From positions 80,786,001 through 80,850,000 of the forward strand of contig OX597827.1 of NCBI GenBank assembly GCA_951406725.2: a DNA stretch of 64,000 nucleotides, in the 5' to 3' direction. The position numbers and the translations under genes were made by a program. Positions 1 through 13,218 of this stretch are shown here, in pieces. The stretch comes from Octopus vulgaris (lineage: Eukaryota). The notes below the pieces were generated by a model, which saw only the letters and a list, made by a program, of their open reading frames with translations, ran no database searches and was not told the DNA's origin. Numbering within the stretch: position 1 is the first letter of the stretch; each line of letters opens with the position of its first letter.

Positions 1-25
1 CATGTACACATGTGTATATATACAT

Positions 26-75
<50 letters not shown>

Positions 76-189
76 ATGCATATATGATAAACATGCATAT
101 ATGTGTATGTATGTTTATATATATATATATATACTTACATATATGTGTGTGTATATATATATATATATAGGCGCATGTGTGTGTGTATA

Positions 190-255
<66 letters not shown>

Positions 256-578
256 AGTTATATATACACACACACTTGTACATAGGCAGAGGAAAGCAAA
301 TTTTGCAACCAGGATTCACTTAAAATCACAATCACACACACACACACACATACGTATACACAGGTCCATGCAGGCATACACCAGCATAAACACACATACA
401 GAGATAGCCAAATACAAACATATACAGTTATGTACACACAAATACAAACACACACTTCCACCCATCCATAGACCATGCAAATTCAATAATTAGGAACAGT
501 GTGTGTGTGTGTGTGTAGAAATATATATGTACTCTGTTATAGACACTGACCTACATACATACATACATGCATATATAT

Positions 579-625
<47 letters not shown>

Positions 626-1202
626 TATATATATAAAAATATATATATATATCTATTATGTGTGTGTGTGTATGTATGTTTACATATGTATATGTATATA
701 TATATATGTGTGTGTATAAAGTGATATACACTCACACATGACTACACTCAACCTAGCCATGTCCGAATGCACATTATACACACTCACATGTGTACAAACA
801 TATACACACACACATACACCCACACATTTATAGCCCTCCCTCCCCCCACCGACCCGTACACCCACCCATACAAACACATACAAAAACACATAAATAACAT
901 TTGATATGCATTGACCTATAAGGGAAATCATAAACACACACACACACACGTGTGCATGTATTTATATCCGTATACTCTTACACATACATACACCCATATA
1001 TTCACACATGCACGCACACACACACACACACACATACAATTTCACACACACACATCGATTCTAGTAGCCAATGACCTATAAAATAGCCACACACTCACAC
1101 ACACACACACACTCGCATACACACACTCACACATGCAAATATACACATACATGCATATACATATACATACATGCATGAGTATAAAACTAAAACTATGCAG
1201 CA

Positions 1203-1237
<35 letters not shown>

Positions 1238-1756
1238 ATATACATACATACGCATACAGGCACACATATACACACAGATCTATTGGCTCATACATATATT
1301 TCTATAAACTTATACATAATCATACACACACACACATATAAATACTGAGCATATACATGCACATACACATGCATACGCATACACATACACACACACACAC
1401 ACATAGACATGTGTGCATATATGCGTATATACAAACACACGCGTACACACATGTACATATACGCAAACACAGATTCTAATAAACGATGACCTATAAAACA
1501 AACAAACACACGCACACACACACACACACAGAAATATACACGCACACACAGAAATATACACATACACATACATGTACACAGGGATGCAACATAAAATAAA
1601 TTCTATGCTGCAATATACAGACATTACCGACACCATCCACACACATACACACACACATATATATATATACATATACATACATACATATATATATACATAT
1701 ACATACATACATATATATACATATACATACATACATATATATATATATACATACAT

Positions 1757-1847
<91 letters not shown>

Positions 1848-2390
1848 AATGTGCATATATGTTTTATATATATTAATATATGTGTGTGTGGCTGGTTGGC
1901 TGGCTGTATTCATGTGTGTATATACGTATGTATGTATGTATGGCTGTGTGTGTGTTTATGTACACAGTCAGTGTCTTCTAAGCGTGATCATTAATCATGG
2001 TCTGATATTCTCATGTGATATCGTACAATGTATAAATATAGATTATTGTTTGATATATGGACATAGCTGTTTATATATTCCTCACTAATACAGACACCAG
2101 CAGAGGATCTACCCTCACACACACACACACACACACACAGCGACCAGCTTTATAGCTGCACTGCATACATACATGCAAATGTGTGTGTGTGTGTGTGTGT
2201 GAGACTGTTTGTCTAGTTTTGTGCTGACACATACTGAAATACAGACGTGTGTGTGTGTGTGTGTGTGAAAGTGTGTGTTGAATGAAAAGAGAAATAAAAT
2301 GCACATGGGCTCATACAAAGTAAACTGATGTATAATACATGGGTTTTATATTAGCGTAAATATTTACACCAGGACAAAAATGAAGATATT

Positions 2391-2426
<36 letters not shown>

Positions 2427-2538
2427 TGTGTGTGTGTGAGTGTGTGTGTGTATATATGTATATATATGTACATAAATGTATATGCATAGTTCTATATTTT
2501 ATATTGCATGTATACACATTGATATGTATTTATGTATA

Positions 2539-2589
<51 letters not shown>

Positions 2590-3077
2590 ATATGTATGTA
2601 TGTATGCATGTATGCATGATTTAAAGATTTTCTCAGCTAGCCACTCCATTCTGGAACATTGTGCACAAGGCTATATATAGCAACTATTTTGGTGCAACTA
2701 TCTACATATTCATAAATGTCTACATATTCATAGCATATATATGCATGCTTACACACTCACACACATATATATCCGCACTTCACACTCTCTGCTATATAAT
2801 GATCATCACCAATGCATAACAAACCTCAACACACACCGCAACTTATAAGATTCTGCATGTATGTATAAATATGATACAGATATCTCATCCATATTTATGG
2901 GAATCTATCACAAAGATGTATGCACAACCTACATTGTACATATGCACACATACACATACGTATCAAATATGTGCATATATACCCTTGCACACATATACAG
3001 GTGCACATCTATCTTACACCTGCATACCCATGTATGCATCTATAAGTGCAATAATATTCTTTCTCATACATACATGC

Positions 3078-3108
<31 letters not shown>
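1..3108. repeat. Compound microsatellite field ((TA)n, (CA)n/(TG)n, (TACA)n, ending in an (AAT)n tract)
   Basis: Directly visible di-/tetranucleotide arrays with short unique spacers; (AAT)n at ~3078-3108. Similar fields recur at ~9800-10990, 11510-17330, 30510-33600 and 43170-56135. Confidence 0.95.
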
Positions 3109-3520
3109 TTTTCAGAAGCCATTCTGCATTGCTATTGTGCTTCACTTCTTGACTCCAAAATGCCTCTCCAGAATTCTTTTGTCTTCTCCTTTTCGGGTGG
3201 TATGTACACCATAGCATCTCCATTCAATTTCTTGTGGAATCTGCTTTGCCTTGTTTCAAACATTTCATTTCGTTTAAACCATTTTATTGTTGTTTCTCTT
3301 GATTTTGGTTCCTTTTGATGTTATCCTTTCTTTTAATTATTCCATTTCTCTCTTTTATCCTTTGGATTGCTTCATGGAATATAATCTTTATCTGACCACC
3401 CCTGCTGCAAAGAATCCCTAGCCACACAAAGACTTTTCGTAACAAGTCTACCTGTCTTTGCAATCACCTTTTCCCCCCCAAGATTCTCTTTCTGTCTTTT
3501 GAGCCTGTGATATCTTCACT
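3109..3520 (-). mobile_element. Inverted 5' segment of a decayed R4/Dong-clade (RLE) non-LTR retrotransposon
   Basis: Minus-strand translation ends ...FWSQEVKHNSNAEWL, resembling the pre-RT region of R4/Dong ORFs. It joins logically to the plus-strand segment starting ~3530. Confidence 0.7.
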
Positions 3521-3524
3521 CCAA

Positions 3525-5689
3525 GTTTAAAAAAAAGAAGATAAAAGCAAATATTTCAAATTTACCAAAAGAAAGAAACTTAGAGATCACAAGAGAAAAG
3601 CTGGAAAATGCCTTAAAGGGGATGCGGAACTGAACATCTCCTGGACGTGGATCTTGGTTAAAAAGTTTCACTGCACTTCATGATTGAATGAACGCACAAC
3701 TAAATAGTTGTACTGAAACAAATGTCCCTGAATGGATGAGGAAAAGCAGGATGGTGTTGAGAGCAAAATATCAAAAGAAAGGAAATATAACAAGTAAATA
3801 CCAACCAATACCATATCTTCCACTGATGTGGGAGTTGTTGACAGACATTATGGCAAAGTACCTCAAGGAGGGGGGAGGGGAGGGGCGATTGACTGCCAGA
3901 AAAATAGAAAATGCATAGAAAGGGTTCTTGAGAGACAAATGACCTTTTATATATATATAGATCAACATGTCCCTTGAGAAGTCAAAAGCAGAAAGAAAAG
4001 CTTAGCAACTGCATGGATTGCTTACCAAAAGTCGTATTAAAGCATTCCACAGTCATGGATCCAAGAATGCCTCAATGTATTTGGGAGAACTGAGAATGTT
4101 ATCCGGTTCTTAAAGTACCAAAATAAAGAACTGCACTAACATCATATCAAGATAAGTTAGGCAAAGTTAGCATAGGAAAGGGCCATATTCCCAGTTGGTT
4201 CATACTTGCCATTGCTCTTCCAGATTGTTCTTATTCCTGTTTCAGAGAGGTTAAATCATGCTTCGTATTTAACAGTGATGAGGAAATGAACTCCCTCCTG
4301 TTCATGGATGACATGAAATTATTTGTCAAAAGTGAAAAATCTTTAGATTTATTGGTCCAGATTGTTAGAGTCATGAGTGATAACACTGGTCTGAAGTTTG
4401 GAATAGAGCAGTGTGTGGTGCTAGAAATAAAGGGATGATAAATATTTATGGCAGAAAGGATTAAACTCCCAAAACAATAAAGGAAAGTGAAAGTTACAAG
4501 ATTCTGGGTTTATTGGAGAAAGATGGAATTCTTTATGAAGAAATGAAGAATAAGGTGAGAAATGAATATTTTAGGAGAAATATTCAAAACTGAATGGCAG
4601 TAAAAGCATCTCCGTGCATGGGCAGTGTGACCTAGTAAGAGAGTCTGCTTTCCTGAACTGGACAAGGGAAGAATTAAGAGACGTAGACTGTAAAACCAGA
4701 AAGATAATGTCCATGTTTAGGTCATTGCATTGTAGAGAGACAGTGTTGAAAGGTTATACCTACCATGGAAGGAAGGAGGGAGAGAACTAAGTGATGATAG
4801 AGATGGCAGAACATGATATACAAAAGTGTGTGAGAAGCAACCTAGAAAGACTGATTTTTGAGCTGCGAGAAGAGAGGAGAAAGAATCAGTGGAGAAGGTG
4901 AAAGAATAGACGAAGCCAAGAGGAGCGAGAAAGAAACACCTGGGGAAGAGAGCTTTGTGGTTTGCATCTCAGACAAATTCAGGATGCTGCAACAGATGAA
5001 TATTGGTTATGGTTGAAGAACAGAGAACTCAGCAATGAAATGGAAGGATCAAAGCCAGACATTATGAAAGAATGCCATTAGGGCAAGACTATACTGAACA
5101 GGGGAAAGTGCTGAAAGTGAAAGGAGAAAGAAGAGTCCATTGTGCACATGATGAGCTCTTGTGGTCCTTTGGCACAGAGGGAATATAGGGGTAGCCAAAG
5201 CATTACACTGGGACATACTAAAACAAAGAGGGTTTGAAGGAAGAAGAAAACGGTACCAACCTCAACCAGAGAGTGTGACAGGGAATGCTCAGTTTAAGGT
5301 CTTATGGGACATTGCTGTACAGACTGACCATGAGATCCAACTAAGACAACCAGATACTGTCATTCTGGGCAAGATGTCAAGAGAGCGAATCATCATAGAT
5401 GTGGCTGTGCATCAGATGATAGGAATCTGGTGATCAATGAAGATCGAGAAATAGGAAAATACCAGGACTTTGCTTGGGAAATGCAAAGACTGTGGAGGGC
5501 AAAAGTAATCCCAGTAATTATTGACTGGGTAATGGCACCATTACCAACAGACTTGGTAGTTAGCTTATTGAGATTGGAGTAGCAAGAAGAATTGCATCAT
5601 TCAAACAGAAATCAGTTCTGTTAAGAACAGCAAGGATCATTTGAAAGGTCCTTGATATCGAAGGAAACTGGAACCAAGGACATTGATTA
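3525..5689 (+). mobile_element. Decayed R4/Dong-clade non-LTR retrotransposon (RT + restriction-like endonuclease), many stops and frameshifts
   Basis: EITREKLENALKGMRN*TSPG..WLKSFTALH; VPEWM...KGNITSKYQPIPYLPLMWELLT; RT catalytic LFMDDMKLF at ~4298-4324; RLE motif LWDIAVQTDHEIQLRQPDTVI...IIIDVAV and KYQDFAWEMQRLW. The 3' UTR resumes after an insertion and ends in (AAT)n at ~6376. Confidence 0.88.
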
Positions 5690-5747
5690 TAAATGTAACA
5701 CATTATTTACATTATTTACATTTGACGGATATTTGTCCTCATTTGTT

Positions 5748-5793
5748 AACACAACGTTTCGGCTGATATACTCTCCAGCCTTTATCAGGTGTC
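5748..5793 (-). ncRNA. Minimal type I hammerhead ribozyme-like motif (core G-to-A variant)
   Basis: GACAC CUGAUAA A GGCUG-GAGAGUAUAU-CAGCC GAAA CG UU GUGUU. Stem I is GACAC/GUGUU, stem II has 5 bp and stem III is palindromic (AACGUU). The core is CUGAUAA instead of CUGAUGA. Confidence 0.7.
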
Positions 5794-5842
5794 TTGCAGA
5801 AATTTCGAACATGGATTCTCATTCCTAAGGTATTTTTCGATG

Positions 5843-5880
<38 letters not shown>

Positions 5881-6092
5881 TTTGCACAGCTTCTAATACT
5901 GGAGATGTACATCAGTGTCAGCTGTTCACTATCAGTGAACTAAGGTAACACCTTATTCAGGTCACTGCCCGGAATTGAACTCGGAATCTTGGGGTTAGTA
6001 GCCCACGCTCTTAACCACTATGCTATATACCCACGGGCATATGGCAAGTTCGATTCCAGGCAGTGACCTGAATAATAATAATGATAATAATA

Positions 6093-6151
<59 letters not shown>

Positions 6152-6208
6152 GACAACAACATCGAAAAATACTTTAGGAATGAGAACCCAGGTTCGAAAT
6201 TTCTGCAA

Positions 6209-6255
6209 GACACCTGATGAAGGCTGGAGGGTATATCAGCAAGAAACATTGTGTT
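6209..6255 (+). ncRNA. Minimal type I hammerhead ribozyme-like motif (intact CUGAUGA, damaged stems II/III)
   Basis: GACAC CUGAUGA A GGCUG-GAGGGUAUAU-CAGCAA GAAA CA UU GUGUU. Confidence 0.7.
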
Positions 6256-6539
6256 AACAACAAACAAGATGAGGACAAATATCTGTCAAATGTAAATAAT
6301 GTAAATAATGTACATAATTCCTCATCTCTTAAATATAGAACTGTAAATGTAACACGTTTATGCATAACATCAGACAATAATAATAAAGAATAAGCAAAGC
6401 AAATTAGACTGGACACAAGCAGTGACAAACTTGCAAATGTCTGCAGAAATATAAACCAGGAACGATTGATTAAGACTGAAAATGACCAAATAAAAGACTA
6501 AGATTTGAGAAACAACTCAGTGAATACAAGTGAAAAATG

Positions 6540-8070
6540 ACCAGTCAGAAATTATGATGTCAGAGTGAAGAAAAGTTTCACAGGAAGAAACAAAGAATAT
6601 GACATACAATAATAAACAACTTCAATAGATTCCCTGGAGGTGAAACCATTGTAGAAAAACACGTTGATGAAATTATCATCAATCTAGCAAAAATAGATAA
6701 TGTTGATATTGGGACAGAAGATCTGACAGAATTTGAAGTGTAAATAATTACGGAATGGCTCAGAGTCCAAAATATGAACATGATGGAACAGAGTGACCTT
6801 TCTAAGATCTACAATAGTAACAAACATAATAAAACAATCTGTCAGGTGGGTGAAGATGGCCCTTAAGTCCATTCTAAACCAAAATGAACTGGATGTGGTA
6901 TCCTTGAGTGAGTTACTCTATGCTGCCACTATTGTTTGCAGGAAAATGATGGCCAAGGCTTGCCACGCATGGCCATCAGCTTCAAGATATTGTCATCAGC
7001 TGATGACAATGCATTCTATGCCTCACCCAAAAGCAGACAGAGACCAAATGAATCTTTTGAGAAAAGCAGGGGTTGATACAGTCTCAGTTTGCATTGAAGG
7101 ACTTTCAACCACAGGACTTTCTGTCAATCTACAGGAATCGAATGACTGGAATGGTAAAGCTGGTTCTGAAGCCTGAAGATGCTAGAAAGTTGCACTCAGT
7201 GATGAAAAGTGCAATTATAAACCTGTGGGAAATGCAGCCAGATGAACCAGAATCCAATGAAAATGTGTCCTCAACTGAGATGGCAAAACAAAATATAGCC
7301 AAACAAACCAGTCTCCAATATACTAAGGAGAAATGGGTGCAAAACCCATGCATGGCAAATAGCTGGGCAGAGCGAGGACCTCTGATGTAAATCTTAGCCA
7401 TTGGTGGTTTGCCTGCTCTGGTCTTAAACTGGAAACTGAGGGTTATGTTATTGCTGCTTTGGATCAGTGCCCTCTCACTAAGGGTCACTAGTATAATGTT
7501 CTGAAAGATGAAAGCAGGCCATTCTGTCATGTATGCAGGGAAGACTCAGAGACAATCAAGCACATAATCTCTGGATGCAGCAGACTGGCACCAACAGAAT
7601 AGTTGCAAACACATGATGGGGCAGTTCAGTATGACCACTGGTCAATATGCCGTACATGCCTCCATCATCACAAAGAGAGAATTGATAGGAACATAAACCA
7701 CCACAAGTTGTCCAGAATTCAGAAGTTACCATCCTTTGGAATGACAGTGTTCAAACTGATTGGGAAATACAGATTAACTGATCAGGGAGAATTATGGGGA
7801 ATAATGGTGGAAGAAAGAGATGTCTTTGAATGGACGTTGCGGCCCCAGCTCACAAAAGCACATCTCTGTAAACACTTGAGAAATTGAGTAAATATAAGGG
7901 CTTGGAGATAGAAACTGGAAGAATATGGCATCTCAAAGCAACAACATTGCTCATTGTTAATGGGGCCCTTGGAATGGTATCAAAAGGAGCAAACAAACAT
8001 GTTGGCTAAATTCCTGGCAATCTTAAAGCAAAGTGAATTGCAAAAGCTGATGCTTATGGATAAATAATGC
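6540..8070 (+). mobile_element. Second, internally deleted R4/Dong-clade non-LTR retrotransposon remnant
   Basis: LMTMHSMPHPKADRDQMNLLRKAG; CCHC knuckle CHVCREDSETIKHIISGC at ~7524-7580; RLE C-terminus EKLSKYKGLEIETGRIWHLK...GALG. The 5' boundary is approximate. Confidence 0.8.
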
Positions 8071-8084
8071 AACCATCTCCATAC

Positions 8085-8235
8085 AGTAAAGATTATTTGC
8101 CAACATAACATGGCAGTCCTGGTTTAGGATGAATGTTACTGTAATTTAACCCCAGGAGACATCGTCTCCAGCTGGCTTTATGACATTCATATTAAACCAG
8201 GACCACCATGTTATGTTGGCAAATAAATCTTTACT
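8085..8235. mobile_element. ~150-bp foldback/MITE-like element with ~52-bp inverted arms
   Basis: AGTAAAGATTATTTGCCAACATAACATGG..GTCCTGGTTTA..ATGAATGT pairs with ACATTCAT..TAAACCAGGAC..CCATGTTATGTTGGCAAATAAATCTTTACT. Confidence 0.7.
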
Positions 8236-8429
8236 CCAAAGTACTGTTGCTGAATATCTCTTGTTGTGAGATTTACAAATAGTAATTTCCATCCTGAACC
8301 ACCACCAAGGAATCCCACTGTTCTGGGATCCCACTGCTAACCAACAGCACAAGTCATTGATCAGTTGTTGTTCTCCAGGCTACATTCACCCTAACCATTT
8401 TTGTAAGTCTCTCAACTTTTGGCAAATTC

Positions 8430-8488
<59 letters not shown>

Positions 8489-9159
8489 GAGAGAGAGAGA
8501 GAGTAAGAGTCAATAAAGGCTTGGCCAAAACGGTGTTTGTTCTCAATCACTTCAGCCTTGTCCATCACACAAAACCTCTTTCACCTCAACCACCAAACAC
8601 AACACTGCCTGCCTTGTTAGACCAATGACTTCTGGAAGTCATCTGTCATAGTTTCTAGTCCAAAATTCTTTTCAACCAGACCAGTTAATCTGTCCTTGTT
8701 AGTGCCTAGATTTATACATGATGCCCCAACCACTATGACAAAAGGTCTCACCATCTTTTTGTAAAGTGAAGTTCTGAGTGTTTGCTGCCACTGGATTTTG
8801 ATTATAACAAGGGAGAAGGGTTGCATTGGTTGATCTACCGTATTCTTTTGAAGCTGAATTCTTGAATGAGCGGCAATGTTGGATGAGATGTCTGGAAGTA
8901 AAGACAAGGATGTAGTGAAATAACCAGAGGAAACTATGTTCCGTATTGCTCTCAACAATGTATCCCACAATGCCTTTGCTGGATGTCCTGTTTGTGTTGG
9001 TTGACAATTGTTGACTGTACAATTTCTTCCATACAGTTTTTCAGGACGTTATGCCAGAAATCAAATATTTGCAAATGTTAGGGGACAAACCCTTGATGAG
9101 TTCAAGTCTCATCAGCTACACTGTAGATTTACAGATTCAGTAACTTATGAACCTTGGAT

Positions 9160-9400
9160 CTTACAGACCCAGCAGCCTACAGATCCAGGGACATAGAGAT
9201 TCAGGGACTTAGAAATCCAGGAACTTACAGATTTGGGGACTTACAGATCTGGGGACTTATAGATCTGGGGACTTATAGATCTGGGGTTTCACAATTCTAG
9301 TGACCTATAGAGCTAATGATCTACTGACCCTAGTGGCCAATAGCTCTACTGACCTACAGATTTAGTGAACTAATAGCCTACTAAGCCACACACTCATAGT
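9160..9400. repeat. 16-bp minisatellite (GACTTACAGATCTGGG), degenerate at both ends
   Basis: About four near-identical units at ~9225-9286, with diverged units on either side. Confidence 0.85.
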
Positions 9401-9919
9401 TCCAATGAGCTGCAGCAATAAATAATGGCTTATAAATCTTGGCTTGAAAAACCTTTTTGGATGCAAAATGTGGAAGGCTGTTTGTGATGTGCTTCGAGAA
9501 CCATTATTCCCCTCACCCCCATAAAAGATATTCCATATTCTCTCAAAAGTTTATAAAATTCTTATGACACCAATTACACACACACACACACACACATAAA
9601 TGAAGACACTGACATGGCATTGTTTGAGTGGTATGCAACTGAACCACTGCACCACTAAGAGAGAAAGCCCCACCCCTCCAGACCTCCATTGGCCTCCAGA
9701 CACCACTGCAGTAGAAAACAAGCAAAAATCAAATCAACAATTGCCTTATCTTGTTACACAGTTCTACATGTAATCCATATTATGTCTATATTTATATCTC
9801 AGAACTGTCTCTGCACACACATGTGAGTGTGTGTATACACACACGCACACATACACACACATGTATACGTATATGTACATATATGTACGCATGTACACAC
9901 ATACACATGTATACACGTT

Positions 9920-9950
<31 letters not shown>

Positions 9951-10038
9951 CCACCCACCACATGCATTCATTTACTTTCACTGCTCTTTTGACCATTTGT
10001 CTATCACAGTCAGGCTGTATATATGTGTGCGTATATTC

Positions 10039-10071
<33 letters not shown>

Positions 10072-10340
10072 CATATATATATATGTATGTTTCTCTCTAT
10101 ATATATACATATAGACATATGTATATATGTATATATATGCATTTATATGTATATAATACATACAAACATATGTATATACACACACACATATATATAATAC
10201 ATGTATAAATACATATATATATATAATACATGTATATATATGCATTTATATGTATATAATACATACAAACATATGTATATACACACACACATATATATAA
10301 TACATGTATAAATACATATATATATATAATACATGTATAT

Positions 10341-10427
<87 letters not shown>

Positions 10428-10534
10428 CATATATATGTATATATATATACATTATATATGCATACATACATATATATATATATGTATATATATATATACA
10501 CATACATCTTTGTATGTATGTATGTGTGTATATA

Positions 10535-10568
<34 letters not shown>

Positions 10569-10947
10569 TGTATGAGATTGATTACATCTTAGGAAGATGC
10601 TTCTCTTTCAATCACATCTCTGCTGCCTCCTTTTTCTTGACACACATTCTCTCTCTCTCTCTCTCTCTTCCTCTCACGTTTTCTTTTCCTCCTCCTCCTC
10701 CTCTCTCTCTCTCCCACTCTGTGCATTACTCTTTTACACACACACACACACACACAGACCATTTATTTATCGGTCTTTCTGCTTTTCTTTCCTCCTCTCT
10801 TGCACACACTCTCTATCTAGCCACATATATCACCACCACCACCACCACCACCACCATCATAATCATCATCATCAACAACATCATCATCATTTAACGTCTG
10901 TTTTCCATGCTGGCATGGGTTCATGATTATCCATATGTATATTATGC

Positions 10948-10996
<49 letters not shown>

Positions 10997-11000
10997 GTCA

Positions 11001-11210
11001 TTACTCTTTTACTTGCTTCAGTCATTTGGCTGTGGCCATGCTGGAGCACCGCCTTTAGTCGAGCAAATCGACCCCGGGACTTATTCTTTGTAAGCCCTGT
11101 ATTTATTCTATCGGTCTCTTTTGCCGAACCGCTAAGTGACAGGGACGTAAACACACCAGCATCGGTTGTCAAGCAATGCTAGGGGGACAAACACAGACAC
11201 ACAAACACAT
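11001..11210 (-). mobile_element. tRNA-derived SINE family A, 3' half
   Basis: Matches the full copies at 21598-22003, 34988-35365 and 47551-47920 (…GGTGCTCCAGCATGGCCGCAGTCAAATGACTGAAACAAGTAAAAGA tail). Confidence 0.9.
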
Positions 11211-11211
11211 A

Positions 11212-11510
11212 TGCCTTGTGAGTGGATTTGGTAGATGGAAACTGAAAGAAGCCTGTCGTATATATGTATATATGTGTATATGTGTGTGCGTGTATATGTT
11301 TGTGTGTCTGTGTTTGTCCCCCTCGCATTGCTTGACAACCGATGCTGGTGTGTTTACGTCCCCGTTACTTAGCGGTTCGGCAAAAGAGGCCGATAGAATA
11401 AGTACTGGGCTTACAAAGAATAAGTCCCGGGGTCGATTTGCTCGACTAAAAGGCGGTGCTCCAGCATGGCCGCAGTCAAATGACTGAAACAAGTAAAAGA
11501 AAAGAAAGAA
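11212..11510 (+). mobile_element. SINE family A, 5'-truncated, inverted relative to the adjacent copy
   Basis: GCCTTGTGAGTGGATTTGGTAGATGGAAACTGAAAGAAGCC…GACTGAAACAAGTAAAAGA. Confidence 0.9.
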
Positions 11511-11543
11511 AGATATATATGCACATATATATATATATATAAA

Positions 11544-11670
<127 letters not shown>

Positions 11671-12228
11671 TATATATATGCATATATATATACATATACA
11701 TACATACACTCACATACAGTCAGTTATATATGTATATACATTTATGTAGAGTCAGCTTTACAAAACAGATATTTTTGCTGTTATATTAGTCTCTGAGTGA
11801 TTTTATAGGCAAACACTCGTACATAGACACATGCATTAGAACTCACCCACACACACATATATACACACACATACATACACACATGCACACCATGCATTCG
11901 TACACACACTCATACACGTATATATATATATGCACACTTGTTTATAGATTATAAAATATGCAAAAGGTATATTTATAGGTACACACACACACACACACAC
12001 ATATACCCACCAGCCCACACACTGATATGCATGCACGCACACACACACACATCAATTTTTTTTAAATGCTTTTGAGTACTCTGTATTACTCCATTATTAA
12101 TGAGAGGCTGTACATATATGCCTGTTGTGTGCGTATGTGTGTATATATATACATATATATATATATACACACACACACACATATATATGCACATACACAC
12201 TCATAGAAGCATAATATATATATATACA

Positions 12229-12280
<52 letters not shown>

Positions 12281-12930
12281 CATATATATATGCACATTCA
12301 CACACACACACACATATATATATGCATATACATAATATATATATATATATATATATACTCTTTTACTCTCTCTTTTACTTGTTTCAGTCATTTGACTGCG
12401 GCCATGCTGGAGCATTACGAAAAGAAAATATAAATATATATATATATATATGGGTAGATAGATAGATATACATACATATACACACACATACATAAGTATA
12501 CTCACATACATAAATAAATTCCCCATTCCATTCTATTTCCTTGCTATGCTAGAAATAGCAGCCAAAGTTTTCCTCAGTTGGTGCATCATCATTGGAGAGA
12601 ATGAAGACAGAAGCTATTTTAGTTCTTGATGTGCTATGCTGAAAAGTGGTTGTGGTGGTCATGGATGGAATATACTGGACTAACTTGATTAAAGACAGAA
12701 TATACTAGACTAACTTGATTAAAGACTCTAAGCAACAACAATAGCAACAACAATAACAACGATAATAACAACATTGACACACACACACTGCACTTAGACA
12801 CCTTTACACATGCATATATACAGATGTGAATATATACACACGCACACACAACCCATCCACTACACACTATACATATGATACGTGGGTGTGCATGTATGTG
12901 TGTGTGTGTGTGTGTATATATATGTGTGTG

Positions 12931-12996
<66 letters not shown>

Positions 12997-13006
12997 TGTA
13001 TATAGG

Positions 13007-13218
<212 letters not shown>

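Larger units (their letters stand above)
5702..6343. mobile_element. Palindromic (head-to-head) tRNA-derived SINE-like element with hammerhead-ribozyme motifs, flanked by a 12-bp TSD
   Basis: 5702-~5875 is the reverse complement of ~6130-6310. tRNA-like A/B-box heads lie at ~5955-6030 (-) and ~6035-6070 (+). The direct repeat TAAATGTAACAC is at 5690-5701 and 6344-6355. Confidence 0.85.

Noticed and set aside
5955-6070. tRNA gene-like sequences (also the heads at ~21940-22003, 29225-29290 and 34170-34240)
   Set aside because: They have A/B boxes but no complete cloverleaf or acceptor stem, and each is fused to a SINE body.
8510-9140. Non-repetitive block with 107-117-aa ORFs
   Set aside because: No recognisable motif in the frames examined; possibly a decayed transposon, but unsupported without a search.
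12668-12727. 30-bp tandem duplication GAATATACT(G/A)GACTAACTTGATTAAAGAC
   Set aside because: A simple two-copy local duplication with no further structure.
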